DNA of 64,000 nt from a virus (taxonomy: Duplodnaviria; Caudoviricetes). Under the pieces are notes generated by a model. It searched no databases. It saw only the letters and a program-made list of their open reading frames with translations, and was not told the DNA's origin. The position numbers and the translations under genes were made by a program. The stretch lies in IMG/VR virus record IMGVR_UViG_3300034062_005626, one strand, 5' to 3'. Each line of letters begins with the position of its first letter. Position 1 is the stretch's first letter. Shown here one piece after another: positions 50,399-60,445 of the stretch.

Positions 50399-50676
50399 AA
50401 TTTTTAGGTGAAAGATATTATATCGACGTACAGGAGATAGAAAATAAAATTGCAATTGCCAACCCCACTTTAGAATCAACTGAAGTTGATGGTCAAATTG
50501 AACCACACATAAGTGTTTCAAAATGGGAAGTATATAAAAATTTAGTAGATGTTATATTATCCGAAAGAGAAGAGCTTGATGAAAATTTAGGTATACATAG
50601 TGCCAAAAATTTATCAATCCCTTTTAAATTCGCATTCAATACTTTACTAATAAACAACATAATAAAAAAGTTATAA
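50392..50676 (+). CDS. Hypothetical protein
   Basis: Likely start MLEFLGERYYID at 50392. Confidence 0.5.
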   Translation: MLEFLGERYYIDVQEIENKIAIANPTLESTEVDGQIEPHISVSKWEVYKNLVDVILSEREELDENLGIHSAKNLSIPFKFAFNTLLINNIIKKL

Positions 50677-50680
50677 TAAA

Positions 50681-51745
50681 ATGGAATTAGACAAAATTAA
50701 AAAAATTGAAACGTCAGTTGAAAAACTTGGAAATAAAACCGCAAGAATTTATTTTTTAGTTCAAGACACAAAAGGAAACCCAAAGGCGGGTGTTTCTTAC
50801 ATTTATCAAATGGCAATGTCCTTGTTGAAAAAAGGATTTAACGTAAAAATGATTCACGAAACAAATGATTACCAAGGAGTTGGTGATTGGTTAGGTAAAG
50901 AATATATGGAAATTGAACATATCGCAATTGAAGGTCAGAATCTTCCTATTTCACCTGAAGATTTTGTTGTTATTCCTGAATTGTACGCGCACGTTATGGA
51001 GCAACTTAAAAATTATCCATGTGGTAAATTGGTGTTGTGTCAAGCATATGATTACATGTTAGAAACTTTACCTCCAGGTATTTCATGGGCTAATTATGGA
51101 TTTTTAAAAAGTATTAGTACTTCTGAATTTCAAAAAGAATATATCAAATCAGTTTTTAAAAATGTAAGTGTTGACGTTGTTGAACCTCTTATCTCTGAAG
51201 TATTCAGTAAAAAAGACAAACCATCAAAGCCAATTGTTTCTATTCACTGTAGAGAACCAAGAGACACTGCAAAAATTATCAAAAGTTTCTATTTGAAATA
51301 TCCTCAGTATCGTTGGTTTACTTTTAGAGACATGAAAAACATTAGTCAAACAGACTTTTCAAAGTTTTTAAAAGAATCTTTTGTTTCGGTTTGGGTTGAT
51401 AGAGAGTCTGGATTTGGTACATTCCCAATCGAAAGTATGATTTCAAACACTCCAGTAATTGGTGTGGTTCCTAATTTAAAACCTGATTGGATGAATGAAA
51501 ATAACGGTATTTGGACATATTCTTTTAACGAAATTATAGACGTTTTAGCAAATTTTGCACAAAATTGGTTAGAAGACAACATCAACGAAGAGTTGTATAC
51601 TAAAATGTCTGAAACAGGTGAAAAATATCAAAATAAAGAATTATTTGATAATAAAATTGAATCTTTGTTTGTTGATTATTTCAACGTAAGAAAAGAAATG
51701 TTTAGTCAACAATTAGAAAAATTAAAAATAACTGAAGAAAAATAA
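50681..51745 (+). CDS. GT-B glycosyltransferase
   Basis: AGVSYIYQMA, VVIPELY, ESGFGTFPIESM...PVIG (EX7E-like). Confidence 0.75.
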   Translation: MELDKIKKIETSVEKLGNKTARIYFLVQDTKGNPKAGVSYIYQMAMSLLKKGFNVKMIHETNDYQGVGDWLGKEYMEIEHIAIEGQNLPISPEDFVVIPELYAHVMEQLKNYPCGKLVLCQAYDYMLETLPPGISWANYGFLKSISTSEFQKEYIKSVFKNVSVDVVEPLISEVFSKKDKPSKPIVSIHCREPRDTAKIIKSFYLKYPQYRWFTFRDMKNISQTDFSKFLKESFVSVWVDRESGFGTFPIESMISNTPVIGVVPNLKPDWMNENNGIWTYSFNEIIDVLANFAQNWLEDNINEELYTKMSETGEKYQNKELFDNKIESLFVDYFNVRKEMFSQQLEKLKITEEK

Positions 51746-51749
51746 TATT

Positions 51750-52562
51750 ATGGAAAACTTAGAAAAATTAGATGTATCGGTAATTCTACCAATTGATTCG
51801 GCAAATAATATCATGTTCGAAGATTTATTCAACAGAGCAATTACATCGATTCAAACACAAACCAAACCTATTAATGAATTAGTAATTGTTCATTCAGGTG
51901 AAGAGTTATTAAAAAATAAATTAGATAATTACGACTTTAGTGGTCTAACAGTTACTATGGTAGAAAATCAAAATGAATTTGATTTTTGTTCTCAAGTAAA
52001 TATTGGTGTAAAACATGCCAAAAGTACTTGGATTTCTATTTTAGAATTTGATGATGAATATTCTACAATTTGGTTTAAAAATTTTGATAGATATAGTAAA
52101 TCATATTCTGAAGTTGATGCATTTTTACCTATTGTTGTTGATACTGACGAAAAAGGAGTTTTTGTTGGGTTTACTAATGAAGCCACATTCGCAGTAAGTA
52201 TGAACTCAGAAATTGGTTACTTAAATAATGATACACTTTTAAATTATCAAAATTTTCAATCAAGTGGAATTGTTATTAAAAAGTCAGTTTATGAAGAAAA
52301 CGGCGGGCTTAAATCAAGTATGAAATTAACTTTTGTATATGAGTTCTTATTAAGATTAACTTACAATTCTGTTAAAATTATGACAATTCCAAGAATTGGT
52401 TATAAACACATGAATTTAAGACCAGGTTCTATATTTTGGAATTATAAAAATGGGGAAAGTAAGATTACAGATGATGAGGTTTCTTTTTGGATTGAATCAG
52501 CAAAAAAAGAACATTTTTTTACAACTGATAGGAACATAAAATACGAACCACAAAATGTATAA
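51750..52562 (+). CDS. GT2-family glycosyltransferase
   Basis: VSVILP, SIQTQT, VNIGVKHAKSTWISILEFDD, YEFLLRL. Confidence 0.75.
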   Translation: MENLEKLDVSVILPIDSANNIMFEDLFNRAITSIQTQTKPINELVIVHSGEELLKNKLDNYDFSGLTVTMVENQNEFDFCSQVNIGVKHAKSTWISILEFDDEYSTIWFKNFDRYSKSYSEVDAFLPIVVDTDEKGVFVGFTNEATFAVSMNSEIGYLNNDTLLNYQNFQSSGIVIKKSVYEENGGLKSSMKLTFVYEFLLRLTYNSVKIMTIPRIGYKHMNLRPGSIFWNYKNGESKITDDEVSFWIESAKKEHFFTTDRNIKYEPQNV

Positions 52563-53305
52563 TGTTTTTAGAGGAGTCAAACCCTGAACATTTAGACGAA
52601 AAGAAAAAGACAGAAAAAAAAAGTAAAAATTATTTTGATGTGAGAGAGGAAGAGGCGGTGAAAGATTATATCACCGCCGAAACTCAAATAGAAAAAGAAG
52701 AGATTTATAATAAATTTCTTAAAGAACCGTTAGATAAGATGATTGAATCAATCATAAGACGCTACAAACTTTATAGAAAAGATATGGAGTATCGAGATTT
52801 ACATACTGATACACATTCTTTTTTAATGACAAAGGTTGATAAATTTAAACCAGCCAAAAACAAAAAAGCATATTCTTATTTTGGTACGATTTGTAAGAAC
52901 TATTTGATGGGTCAAATACAAAAAGACCAAAAAGAAACAAATAGAAAAGTGTCTTATGAAGATATTTCACAAGCATTGGAGAACAGACCTGACATGGTTT
53001 ATTATTTAGAGTTTGAAAAAATTGATGCTGAAAAAATAATAGATATATTTTTAAAAGACTTAAAAGACCACGTTAAAACTACATCAATGGCAGATGGAGA
53101 ATTTAAACTTGGAAATGCCTTGATTGAGTTATTTGAAAATTATGGTAATATTTTTATTGGAAATGACAACAATAAGTTTAATAAAAATATAGTTTTACTT
53201 TCACTTCGAGAAATGACAAATTTATCAACAAAAGAAATAAGAACATATCTAAAAAAATATAAAATTCTTTATTTGAATACTATTAGAAGAATAAATAATA
53301 ATTAA
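52562..53305 (+). CDS. Phage sigma-70-like (T4 gp55-like, late) sigma factor
   Basis: Region 2-like LMTKVDKFKPAKNKKAYSYFGTICKNYL; C-terminal HTH-like segment. Confidence 0.6.
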   Translation: MFLEESNPEHLDEKKKTEKKSKNYFDVREEEAVKDYITAETQIEKEEIYNKFLKEPLDKMIESIIRRYKLYRKDMEYRDLHTDTHSFLMTKVDKFKPAKNKKAYSYFGTICKNYLMGQIQKDQKETNRKVSYEDISQALENRPDMVYYLEFEKIDAEKIIDIFLKDLKDHVKTTSMADGEFKLGNALIELFENYGNIFIGNDNNKFNKNIVLLSLREMTNLSTKEIRTYLKKYKILYLNTIRRINNN

Positions 53306-53325
53306 AATTTATCTATTTATTGAGT

Positions 53326-53700
53326 ATGGATAGAAAGAGAAAAAAAGAAATCGCGTTAAACAAAGATTCAGTATTAGGTTTAATGCAAGAGATATACAAC
53401 GAATTAGTTGAACAAAGGTCAACGGCCATTAGGATTCAAAATAAAATGTTAGCTCTTCTTAAAGATGCTGAAGATATGACTGTTATTGGTCCTGTTATAA
53501 AAGAACAACAAAAAATCATCAACGACACTATTGAAAAAAAGTTGAGTCTTTCTAAACTTCAATCTACAATTTGGGAAAAATCTAACAGTTCTAAAGAAGA
53601 AAATTTTTCATTGTCTGATATGGATGAAACAGTTCTTCAAAGTTTAATTCAAAAAGACATTAGTCAAAATAACGACAATAATTTTACACTTGAAAAATAA
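53326..53700 (+). CDS. Hypothetical coiled-coil protein
   Basis: Likely start MDRKRKK at 53326 after TATTTAT. Confidence 0.5.
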   Translation: MDRKRKKEIALNKDSVLGLMQEIYNELVEQRSTAIRIQNKMLALLKDAEDMTVIGPVIKEQQKIINDTIEKKLSLSKLQSTIWEKSNSSKEENFSLSDMDETVLQSLIQKDISQNNDNNFTLEK

Positions 53701-55688
53701 TGGCAAATTTAGACATCAATCAAGGGTATTCACAAGCTAAAAGTAAAATTAGTGCTTACCAAACTGTAAAACAAAGTAAGGAAGACGACAAAAAACAACA
53801 AAAAGAAAAAACAAAGGCTAGTACTGATAAGAAAAAAAGCGAAGTTCAAAAATCAATCAATGATTTAAAAAAAGGTGGTCAAGACAAAAAAAATCAAATA
53901 AAAAATGAAATAAAAAGTCAGTTAGAACAACTTTTAGAGTTATTCAAAGCAACTCTACCAAGTGGTGGTGGGTCATCTTTAAAACTTTTAACTAACGTTT
54001 TTTTACAAGCGGCAACAAACACAAAATCAAAAATACAAGAAACATTAGTAAGTGAAATAGTTTCAACAATTGGTTGTTCTGAAGAACAATCATATGGTAG
54101 TGTCGCTAACCAACCAATTTATATAAAAGTTAATCAAGTGGATTTATTTAAAATATTAAAAAATTCACCTGATGACGAAAATTTCAAATATCAATACGAA
54201 AAAAATACAACAAATAATGGTTCATTCCCATATGCAATGAATCAACAACTTTATAAAAGATTACAAAACCCATCACAATCCTTTTTGCAAGATAATACGG
54301 GAGGTAATGGTCAAACATATCAAGGAGCATCACAGTCCCAAATTTTTGATATACAATACGTACAAAATTATTTAGGTCCAAACAACTTACAAGTTACTGG
54401 TGATTTTTTCAAAGTAACCTTAAATAATCAAGCTAATAATAGAACGTCAGTTACTGATTTTTTACAAGATTATTATAGTAGTATAGACATTATGCCTTTT
54501 GATAATTTATCAGTAAACTTAAAAAATTTACTTACAGGTTCTTTTGATTTTTCTGCCGGTTTAAGTAGTGATGAATTAAAAGAGCAGAGCAAATTTATGA
54601 CTGTTTTAAAAAGAATCATGGGAATTTGCGAAGACCCGAACAAAAAAATTGATGTCGCGGGGACATCAAAACTTAGTGACGTTGATGAAATAGATGATTC
54701 TTTTTTTGATGTTACAAACCAAGAATTATTGGTTATTGAGCAAGAAGTTAATAATACCATTGATGGGGTCGTTGAATTTGAAGGTTGTGAAGGAATTAAA
54801 TTACCAATAGACGTTTTAGCGGATAGGAAATCTCAAGATGAAATTATTAATGAAAATTCAAACAATTCTAAAATAGAAAAATTTGAAAAATCATTAGAAG
54901 ATATTGCAAATGACCCGAAATGGAAATCTTTGATTCCTGGTCTTGGTTTAGATTTAAACTTATTAGCTTCACTTCAAAGTAATATTATTTTAGGTCTTCC
55001 AAGGATGATTTTAAAAACAATATTATCACCTAAAGTTATGTTAGGTTTTTTAATAATGGTTAAAGCGATAAAAAATGAAATATCAGAAAAATTAGACGAC
55101 TTGTTTGATGATTTAACAAACTTCATGAAAACTTTCAAAAAGTTTATTTTGAATTTTATGAAAAAAATTACATCTATTTTTGTTGAAGAATTGTTTAAGA
55201 TTCTAAAAAAACAAATTAAAGTTTTGGTCGAAACAATTTTATTGGAGGTCGTTAAGGAAGCAAAAAATAAACAAATTCGTATGTATGCATCGATAGTGTA
55301 TATTTTATTAGTTGTTGGTCAGGCGGTTGTGGATTTTAGAAATTGTAAAAGTGTTATAGACGAAATATTGAAACTTTTAAATTTAGGTCTTTCACAATTA
55401 AGTTTAGGGTTGCCTCAGTTTATATTGGCAGGGTCATCACTACTAGGTGGGGTTTCTGATACAAGAGCATTTTCAAATGTAATTGAAAACCTTCAAAAAC
55501 AAGGATTACCCACAGGAGCCGCACCCGATGGTGGACCTAACCTTATGAATATGTCCATGATGTCAATGGTCAAGGGTATGAATCAAGAACAAGCTGAAAA
55601 CGGAAAAACGGAAGTTTTTATTCCACCATTGACTATAACCCCAGCCGGCATTACATTACCATCAAAAGGATTTGGAAAATCATACTAA
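53700..55688 (+). CDS. Large hypothetical protein, probably virion/baseplate
   Basis: 662 aa, in a late operon upstream of the spike gene. Confidence 0.45.
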   Translation: MANLDINQGYSQAKSKISAYQTVKQSKEDDKKQQKEKTKASTDKKKSEVQKSINDLKKGGQDKKNQIKNEIKSQLEQLLELFKATLPSGGGSSLKLLTNVFLQAATNTKSKIQETLVSEIVSTIGCSEEQSYGSVANQPIYIKVNQVDLFKILKNSPDDENFKYQYEKNTTNNGSFPYAMNQQLYKRLQNPSQSFLQDNTGGNGQTYQGASQSQIFDIQYVQNYLGPNNLQVTGDFFKVTLNNQANNRTSVTDFLQDYYSSIDIMPFDNLSVNLKNLLTGSFDFSAGLSSDELKEQSKFMTVLKRIMGICEDPNKKIDVAGTSKLSDVDEIDDSFFDVTNQELLVIEQEVNNTIDGVVEFEGCEGIKLPIDVLADRKSQDEIINENSNNSKIEKFEKSLEDIANDPKWKSLIPGLGLDLNLLASLQSNIILGLPRMILKTILSPKVMLGFLIMVKAIKNEISEKLDDLFDDLTNFMKTFKKFILNFMKKITSIFVEELFKILKKQIKVLVETILLEVVKEAKNKQIRMYASIVYILLVVGQAVVDFRNCKSVIDEILKLLNLGLSQLSLGLPQFILAGSSLLGGVSDTRAFSNVIENLQKQGLPTGAAPDGGPNLMNMSMMSMVKGMNQEQAENGKTEVFIPPLTITPAGITLPSKGFGKSY

Positions 55689-55893
55689 AATATCACCCGA
55701 AAAAGTTTTGGAAGTTTTATCTGAGTATAAAAAAAGACCCAATAAAGAATTAATTGAGGTTTTGGGGTTCTTATATCAAGATTTTGAAAAAACAAAGGAT
55801 TTAATACTCAAATTAACTCATCATTTGGACACAACTGAAGATAGTTATAACAAAATTTTAGAAGAAATAAACAAAAGAACAAATAATATATAA
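55672..55893 (+). CDS. Hypothetical protein
   Basis: 73 aa, coupled to its neighbours. Confidence 0.45.
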   Translation: MENHTKISPEKVLEVLSEYKKRPNKELIEVLGFLYQDFEKTKDLILKLTHHLDTTEDSYNKILEEINKRTNNI

Positions 55894-57482
55894 TGCCTGA
55901 AAACCAACCTTTAGAGGATAGTCAGATAATATTTTTTGGTGTCTGTGTTGACAATCAAGACCCATTAATGCTTGGAAGAATACGATGTAAGCCCATACAA
56001 GAAAATATTCAAGCAATGGAAAGGGCAAAACAAGGGTTTGACGAAAATAGTAAAAGTACTTTGAATGGTCCTTGGGGTGAAAAAGACCCTTTTATATTTT
56101 TACCTTTTTTACCTTATTTTGTTAATCAAGTTCCAAAAGTAGATGAGGCAGTTATGATTATTTACTTTAATAATAAACTAACTAAAGGTAAAAATAGATT
56201 TTATATTCTTGCACCATACTCATCACCAACAACAATTTTTAAAGAAGACTATAGGTCTTTTAGAACCCATACAGATATGGGTAATTCTAATTCAAGAGTA
56301 AATTTACCAAATATTAAAGACCCGTACTCTAAAACATACCCGAATAATAATAATACCGGAGTATTTCCTGAACCTGAAGATATATCAATTAATGGAAGAG
56401 GAACTTCCGATATGATAATAAAAAATAATGATTTATTATTAAGAGCAGGAAAACACAAACCATTTAAAACAGGTGAAATACCAGATTATGATGATAATAG
56501 AGCCTTTGTTCAATTATCAAAATTTACAAGTAAATTAAAATATGGTACACCCAAGTCTTATATTAGATTACAAAGAAATGAACAACAAATAAAATATCTT
56601 TTAGAGTATGATGTTTATAACCCTGAAAGTGCTCCACAAGTTTTTCAAGGGGATGTAACAATCTATCAACTACCTGATAGAGAATCTAAGGCGACAAAAA
56701 CAAACCAATTTGAGTGGGACACTGAAATAACAGGAACAACTTTATCTAAAGTAAGAATTATAAAAATTGATTCACCATTGGGTATTGATGATTTTGCGAA
56801 GTTTGTTTCAGACCAAGTTGTAGCACTAAAAGATAATCCAAGTATTTTAATATCAAATATACCAACTAACGCTAATGTAGGTTCAAATAATAATTCAAGT
56901 AACGAACTACAATTTCCTTTTTATTATAGACCCTCAAAAAGAATTAGAAATATCATAAAATCACTACCCGACCAAAATAACATAACCGATTTTACAAATA
57001 TGAATCAGTTATTATCAAAAGTATTAATAACTACAACAGATATTAGTCCTGGTTATGGTTTGGTATTAGACAGAAAGGTTAGTCCTGAATTACCATTTTT
57101 ACCATCAAGAGAAGTTTTTACACCAATTGATACTGAAGAAATAGATAATACTGTTGGGTTGATTGGGGCGTCTCAGTTATATTTACTTTCACATGATTCA
57201 GAAAATTCACAAGGTAAAATTACTTTATCAGGTTCTGTTGGAGGGATTAGTCCTGAACAAGTTTTTGATGAAATAGAACCTAAAACATCATCAATGGTTA
57301 GAGGAGAAGAATTGTTGGAACTTTTGGAATCAATTGTTGGGTTTTTAGTTAGTCACGTACATCCGTACCCGTTATTACCACCATCTGGAGTTTCTTATGA
57401 TGGTACAAGTATAGACGAATTGACCAAAAAAATGTTAGAAGCATATCAAAAAGTTTTAAACAGTAATATTCGGATTAACTAA
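55893..57482 (+). CDS. Baseplate central spike/hub (gp5/gpV-like)
   Basis: OB-fold start FGVCVDNQDPLMLGRIRC...VPKVDEAVMI; C-terminal apex motif SHVHPY (HxH). Confidence 0.65.
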   Translation: MPENQPLEDSQIIFFGVCVDNQDPLMLGRIRCKPIQENIQAMERAKQGFDENSKSTLNGPWGEKDPFIFLPFLPYFVNQVPKVDEAVMIIYFNNKLTKGKNRFYILAPYSSPTTIFKEDYRSFRTHTDMGNSNSRVNLPNIKDPYSKTYPNNNNTGVFPEPEDISINGRGTSDMIIKNNDLLLRAGKHKPFKTGEIPDYDDNRAFVQLSKFTSKLKYGTPKSYIRLQRNEQQIKYLLEYDVYNPESAPQVFQGDVTIYQLPDRESKATKTNQFEWDTEITGTTLSKVRIIKIDSPLGIDDFAKFVSDQVVALKDNPSILISNIPTNANVGSNNNSSNELQFPFYYRPSKRIRNIIKSLPDQNNITDFTNMNQLLSKVLITTTDISPGYGLVLDRKVSPELPFLPSREVFTPIDTEEIDNTVGLIGASQLYLLSHDSENSQGKITLSGSVGGISPEQVFDEIEPKTSSMVRGEELLELLESIVGFLVSHVHPYPLLPPSGVSYDGTSIDELTKKMLEAYQKVLNSNIRIN

Positions 57483-57505
57483 CTATTTATATATAAAATA
57501 GTTTA

Positions 57506-58987
57506 ATGTCAATTTACAGGTCATATTTCGATAAAAGTAATACTCTAATACAAAATAGTTACACCAACACAGGTAGAAACCCTATTGTTGAGTTGTTCTA
57601 CGGTCGTGTTGATAATTTTAATGCGCCAATAGGGTTTAGTAGATATATTTTTGACTTAGATTTAACAGATTTACAGTCAAGAATTTCAGATAAAATTATC
57701 ACTTCAGGATGTGGAACAAACTTTACCCACACTTTAAGAATGACAAATACGTCATATTTTGATGAAAATCTTTTAAATTCAACAACATCACAAGGAAGAA
57801 GAAGAGCAACATCTTTTGACTTAGTTCTATTTAGAATACCAAAAACTTTAGGAAACTCAGGTGTTCCTCAAAATTGGGACAGTGGTGTTGGATATGATTA
57901 CTATGATTATCAAGTAACAAACTTAAATGATAGGTCATATTCGCAAAGAGCGTCCAATTGGTTCGAAACAACAACGGTAAGTGGTTGGAGTGTTAATGGT
58001 ATATATGATAATACCAACTCAAAAATTGGTTCATTATCGGGATTAAATTATTCGGCATTAACAATCGTAGCAACACAACATTTTGAATTTGGTAATGAAG
58101 ATATTGAATTTAACATGACAAATGAAATAAATAACATTTTAAATGGTACATTAACAGGTGTCACAGGATGGGGAATTGCATTTTATCCTAATGTTGAAAA
58201 TATTAGTGGTTTAACTGAAAATTATTCAGTAGGGTTTTTCTCCCCTCACACTCAAACTTTTTATGAACCGTTTTTAGAAACTAATTATAACGATTTAATT
58301 ATTGATGATAGAAACAAATTTTATTCAGGTAATAATAATGAATTGTATTTGTATGTGTATGAAAACGGAAATGCTGTTAATTTAGATAATTTACCAACGG
58401 TTGATATATTTGACTTGAATGGTGTTGCAGTACCAGGGTTTACGGGATTATCTACTTGCCAAGTAACTAAAGGAGTTTACAAGTGTTCGGTAAACAATCT
58501 AACAGCATCGACAATACCTTGTTTATATTATGATGTTTGGAAGGGATTGTCAGTAAGTTCTACGTCAATTTCTAACGTGACTTTAGAATTTGCATTATTG
58601 GCTAAAAATGGAAACTTCCAAATAGGTTCTGTTACTCAACAACCAAAAATTTATGGTTTCGAATTTAATGGGATTAGACAAAACGAAAAAGTATTAAATA
58701 CTGATATAAGAAAAGTCAACGTAATTATAAAACAAGCGTATTCAACAAACACACCACTAACAACAGTAGAGGCATATTATAGAATTTATGTAAGAGAAGG
58801 TGCAAGTACTGAGGTTCAAGTACAAGATTGGACAAGAGTCAATGAAGTTCCTGATGGGTTTTATTTTATTTTTGACACCACAGATAAAATACCAAATGAA
58901 TATTTTGTTGATATTAAAGTTGTAAGTGATAGAAATGTTGATACTTATAAAAGAGAATTACAGTTTCAAATTGTAAATAAAAAATAA
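57506..58987 (+). CDS. Virion structural protein
   Basis: Beta-rich, S/T/G-rich 493-aa protein; late-type motif upstream. Confidence 0.45.
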   Translation: MSIYRSYFDKSNTLIQNSYTNTGRNPIVELFYGRVDNFNAPIGFSRYIFDLDLTDLQSRISDKIITSGCGTNFTHTLRMTNTSYFDENLLNSTTSQGRRRATSFDLVLFRIPKTLGNSGVPQNWDSGVGYDYYDYQVTNLNDRSYSQRASNWFETTTVSGWSVNGIYDNTNSKIGSLSGLNYSALTIVATQHFEFGNEDIEFNMTNEINNILNGTLTGVTGWGIAFYPNVENISGLTENYSVGFFSPHTQTFYEPFLETNYNDLIIDDRNKFYSGNNNELYLYVYENGNAVNLDNLPTVDIFDLNGVAVPGFTGLSTCQVTKGVYKCSVNNLTASTIPCLYYDVWKGLSVSSTSISNVTLEFALLAKNGNFQIGSVTQQPKIYGFEFNGIRQNEKVLNTDIRKVNVIIKQAYSTNTPLTTVEAYYRIYVREGASTEVQVQDWTRVNEVPDGFYFIFDTTDKIPNEYFVDIKVVSDRNVDTYKRELQFQIVNKK

Positions 58988-59007
58988 ACGTATATTTATA
59001 AAATAAA

Positions 59008-59190
59008 ATGGCAACTACAAGCGCAAATACCGAAGTCACAATATGTGAATATATATGTACAACAGGAGGAACAGGGAGTTCTGTTGTTGTTGTGAAACCA
59101 CCACACCCTAATTATAGTGATGTAACAGGAGGAACTGTTGTTCAGTTGAATATGGTAACTATTGGTGGATTTAACGGATTAAATTCTTAA
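59008..59190 (+). CDS. Small hypothetical protein (60 aa)
   Basis: TATTTAT upstream; CEYIC and PPHP motifs. Confidence 0.5.
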   Translation: MATTSANTEVTICEYICTTGGTGSSVVVVKPPHPNYSDVTGGTVVQLNMVTIGGFNGLNS

Positions 59191-59194
59191 AAAA

Positions 59195-59662
59195 ATGAAA
59201 AATTTAGATTATATTATTAAAAAAGTAATTAGAGAGACACAAGAAGAAAATTCTTCAAGATATATGTTCTTTTCTAATTTACAACAAATGAGAAGACAAT
59301 GTGATATGTTGTTAGAGATGGACCATTCTATGATAGAAAACATTTTAGAAAATGGTCACGATTGGGCTCAAGACCATATTGCCGAAGCAAAAAATAACAT
59401 GGACCAAGTATTTGACTTTTTAATGAATGAAACTAAAAAAGACAATATGAACATGTCTATGAATTTTGACAACGAAGATATAATGATGTCAGAAGGTAGA
59501 AAAAAAACCGGAACTAAATTATGTGCTCGTGGTAAGGCATCTGCAAAGGCAAAGTATGACGTGTACCCCTCAGCTTACGCAAATGGCCACGCAATACAAG
59601 TATGTAAAGGTAAAGTAAAAGGGTTAGACGGTAAAAAAAGGTGTTCACCACCTTATTGTTAA
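59195..59662 (+). CDS. Hypothetical protein with basic Cys-rich C-terminal module
   Basis: LCARGKASAKAKYDVYPSAYANGHAIQVCKG...CSPPYC. Confidence 0.5.
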   Translation: MKNLDYIIKKVIRETQEENSSRYMFFSNLQQMRRQCDMLLEMDHSMIENILENGHDWAQDHIAEAKNNMDQVFDFLMNETKKDNMNMSMNFDNEDIMMSEGRKKTGTKLCARGKASAKAKYDVYPSAYANGHAIQVCKGKVKGLDGKKRCSPPYC

Positions 59663-60372
59663 ATATTATTCAATATACGATTAATAATAATATCTAAGGA
59701 CTCATTTTGGGTCCTTTTCTTTTTTGGTTTGTATGAAGTCATAATAGGTTTTTGACCTTTACCTGTTTGTGTGTCTTTGGACTCCGCCTTTCTTTTTTGT
59801 TGACAAGCCGCTCTTTTTTCTGAATCACTCATTTTACCCGCAACTCCAGCTGCTCTACATTTTGGGTATGCCCCTTTATTTGTATCAGGTCTACCACAAG
59901 GAGGATGTTTACCGTCGACTTTTCTACAAATATTAACCCATGGACCTTTTGGTTGGGATGAACCTTTTGGTTTTTTCTTTTTACCAAACCATACGGCCAA
60001 ATCTTCATTAAGTGTAATTTTATCTAATTCTACCCATTCTTTTATGGGTACTATTTTTTTGTTTCTACCTGGTGTAGGATTGATTGGACCGCCTTCTTCA
60101 TCACTAGGACGTGTATGTGTTTTATTATATTTATTTATTTTTTTTGATTTTTGTTCTAATCTTTTAATTTTATTTTTACTTGATTCCATAGAACCGTCGT
60201 AACTATCATATTCTAAATCAGCATTGTAATATTTTGATACTTTTTTAGTAAATGGGCCAAGTTCATCATCATCCCAATCCATTTCACCCATTGTGAGAGG
60301 GCCATTATAATAACCTCCATATCTACTTGTACTGGCCTCTAATAATATTTTCTTTACAATTTTTTTAATCAT
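59659..60372 (-). CDS. Hypothetical protein with basic Cys-rich module
   Basis: LAVWF...PWVNIC...CGR...YPKCR...ACQQKRKAE. Confidence 0.5.
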   Translation of the reverse strand: MIKKIVKKILLEASTSRYGGYYNGPLTMGEMDWDDDELGPFTKKVSKYYNADLEYDSYDGSMESSKNKIKRLEQKSKKINKYNKTHTRPSDEEGGPINPTPGRNKKIVPIKEWVELDKITLNEDLAVWFGKKKKPKGSSQPKGPWVNICRKVDGKHPPCGRPDTNKGAYPKCRAAGVAGKMSDSEKRAACQQKRKAESKDTQTGKGQKPIMTSYKPKKKRTQNESLDIIINRILNNI

Positions 60373-60393
60373 ATTAATAAATATTTGTTTAAT

Positions 60394-60424
60394 AAAAAAA
60401 GGTCAGATTAATCTGACCTTTTTC
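60394..60424. terminator. Palindromic (bidirectional) terminator after the major capsid gene
   Basis: AAAAAAAGGTCAGATTAATCTGACCTTTTT. Confidence 0.8.
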
Positions 60425-60445
60425 TTATATTAACCTTTAAATTGA

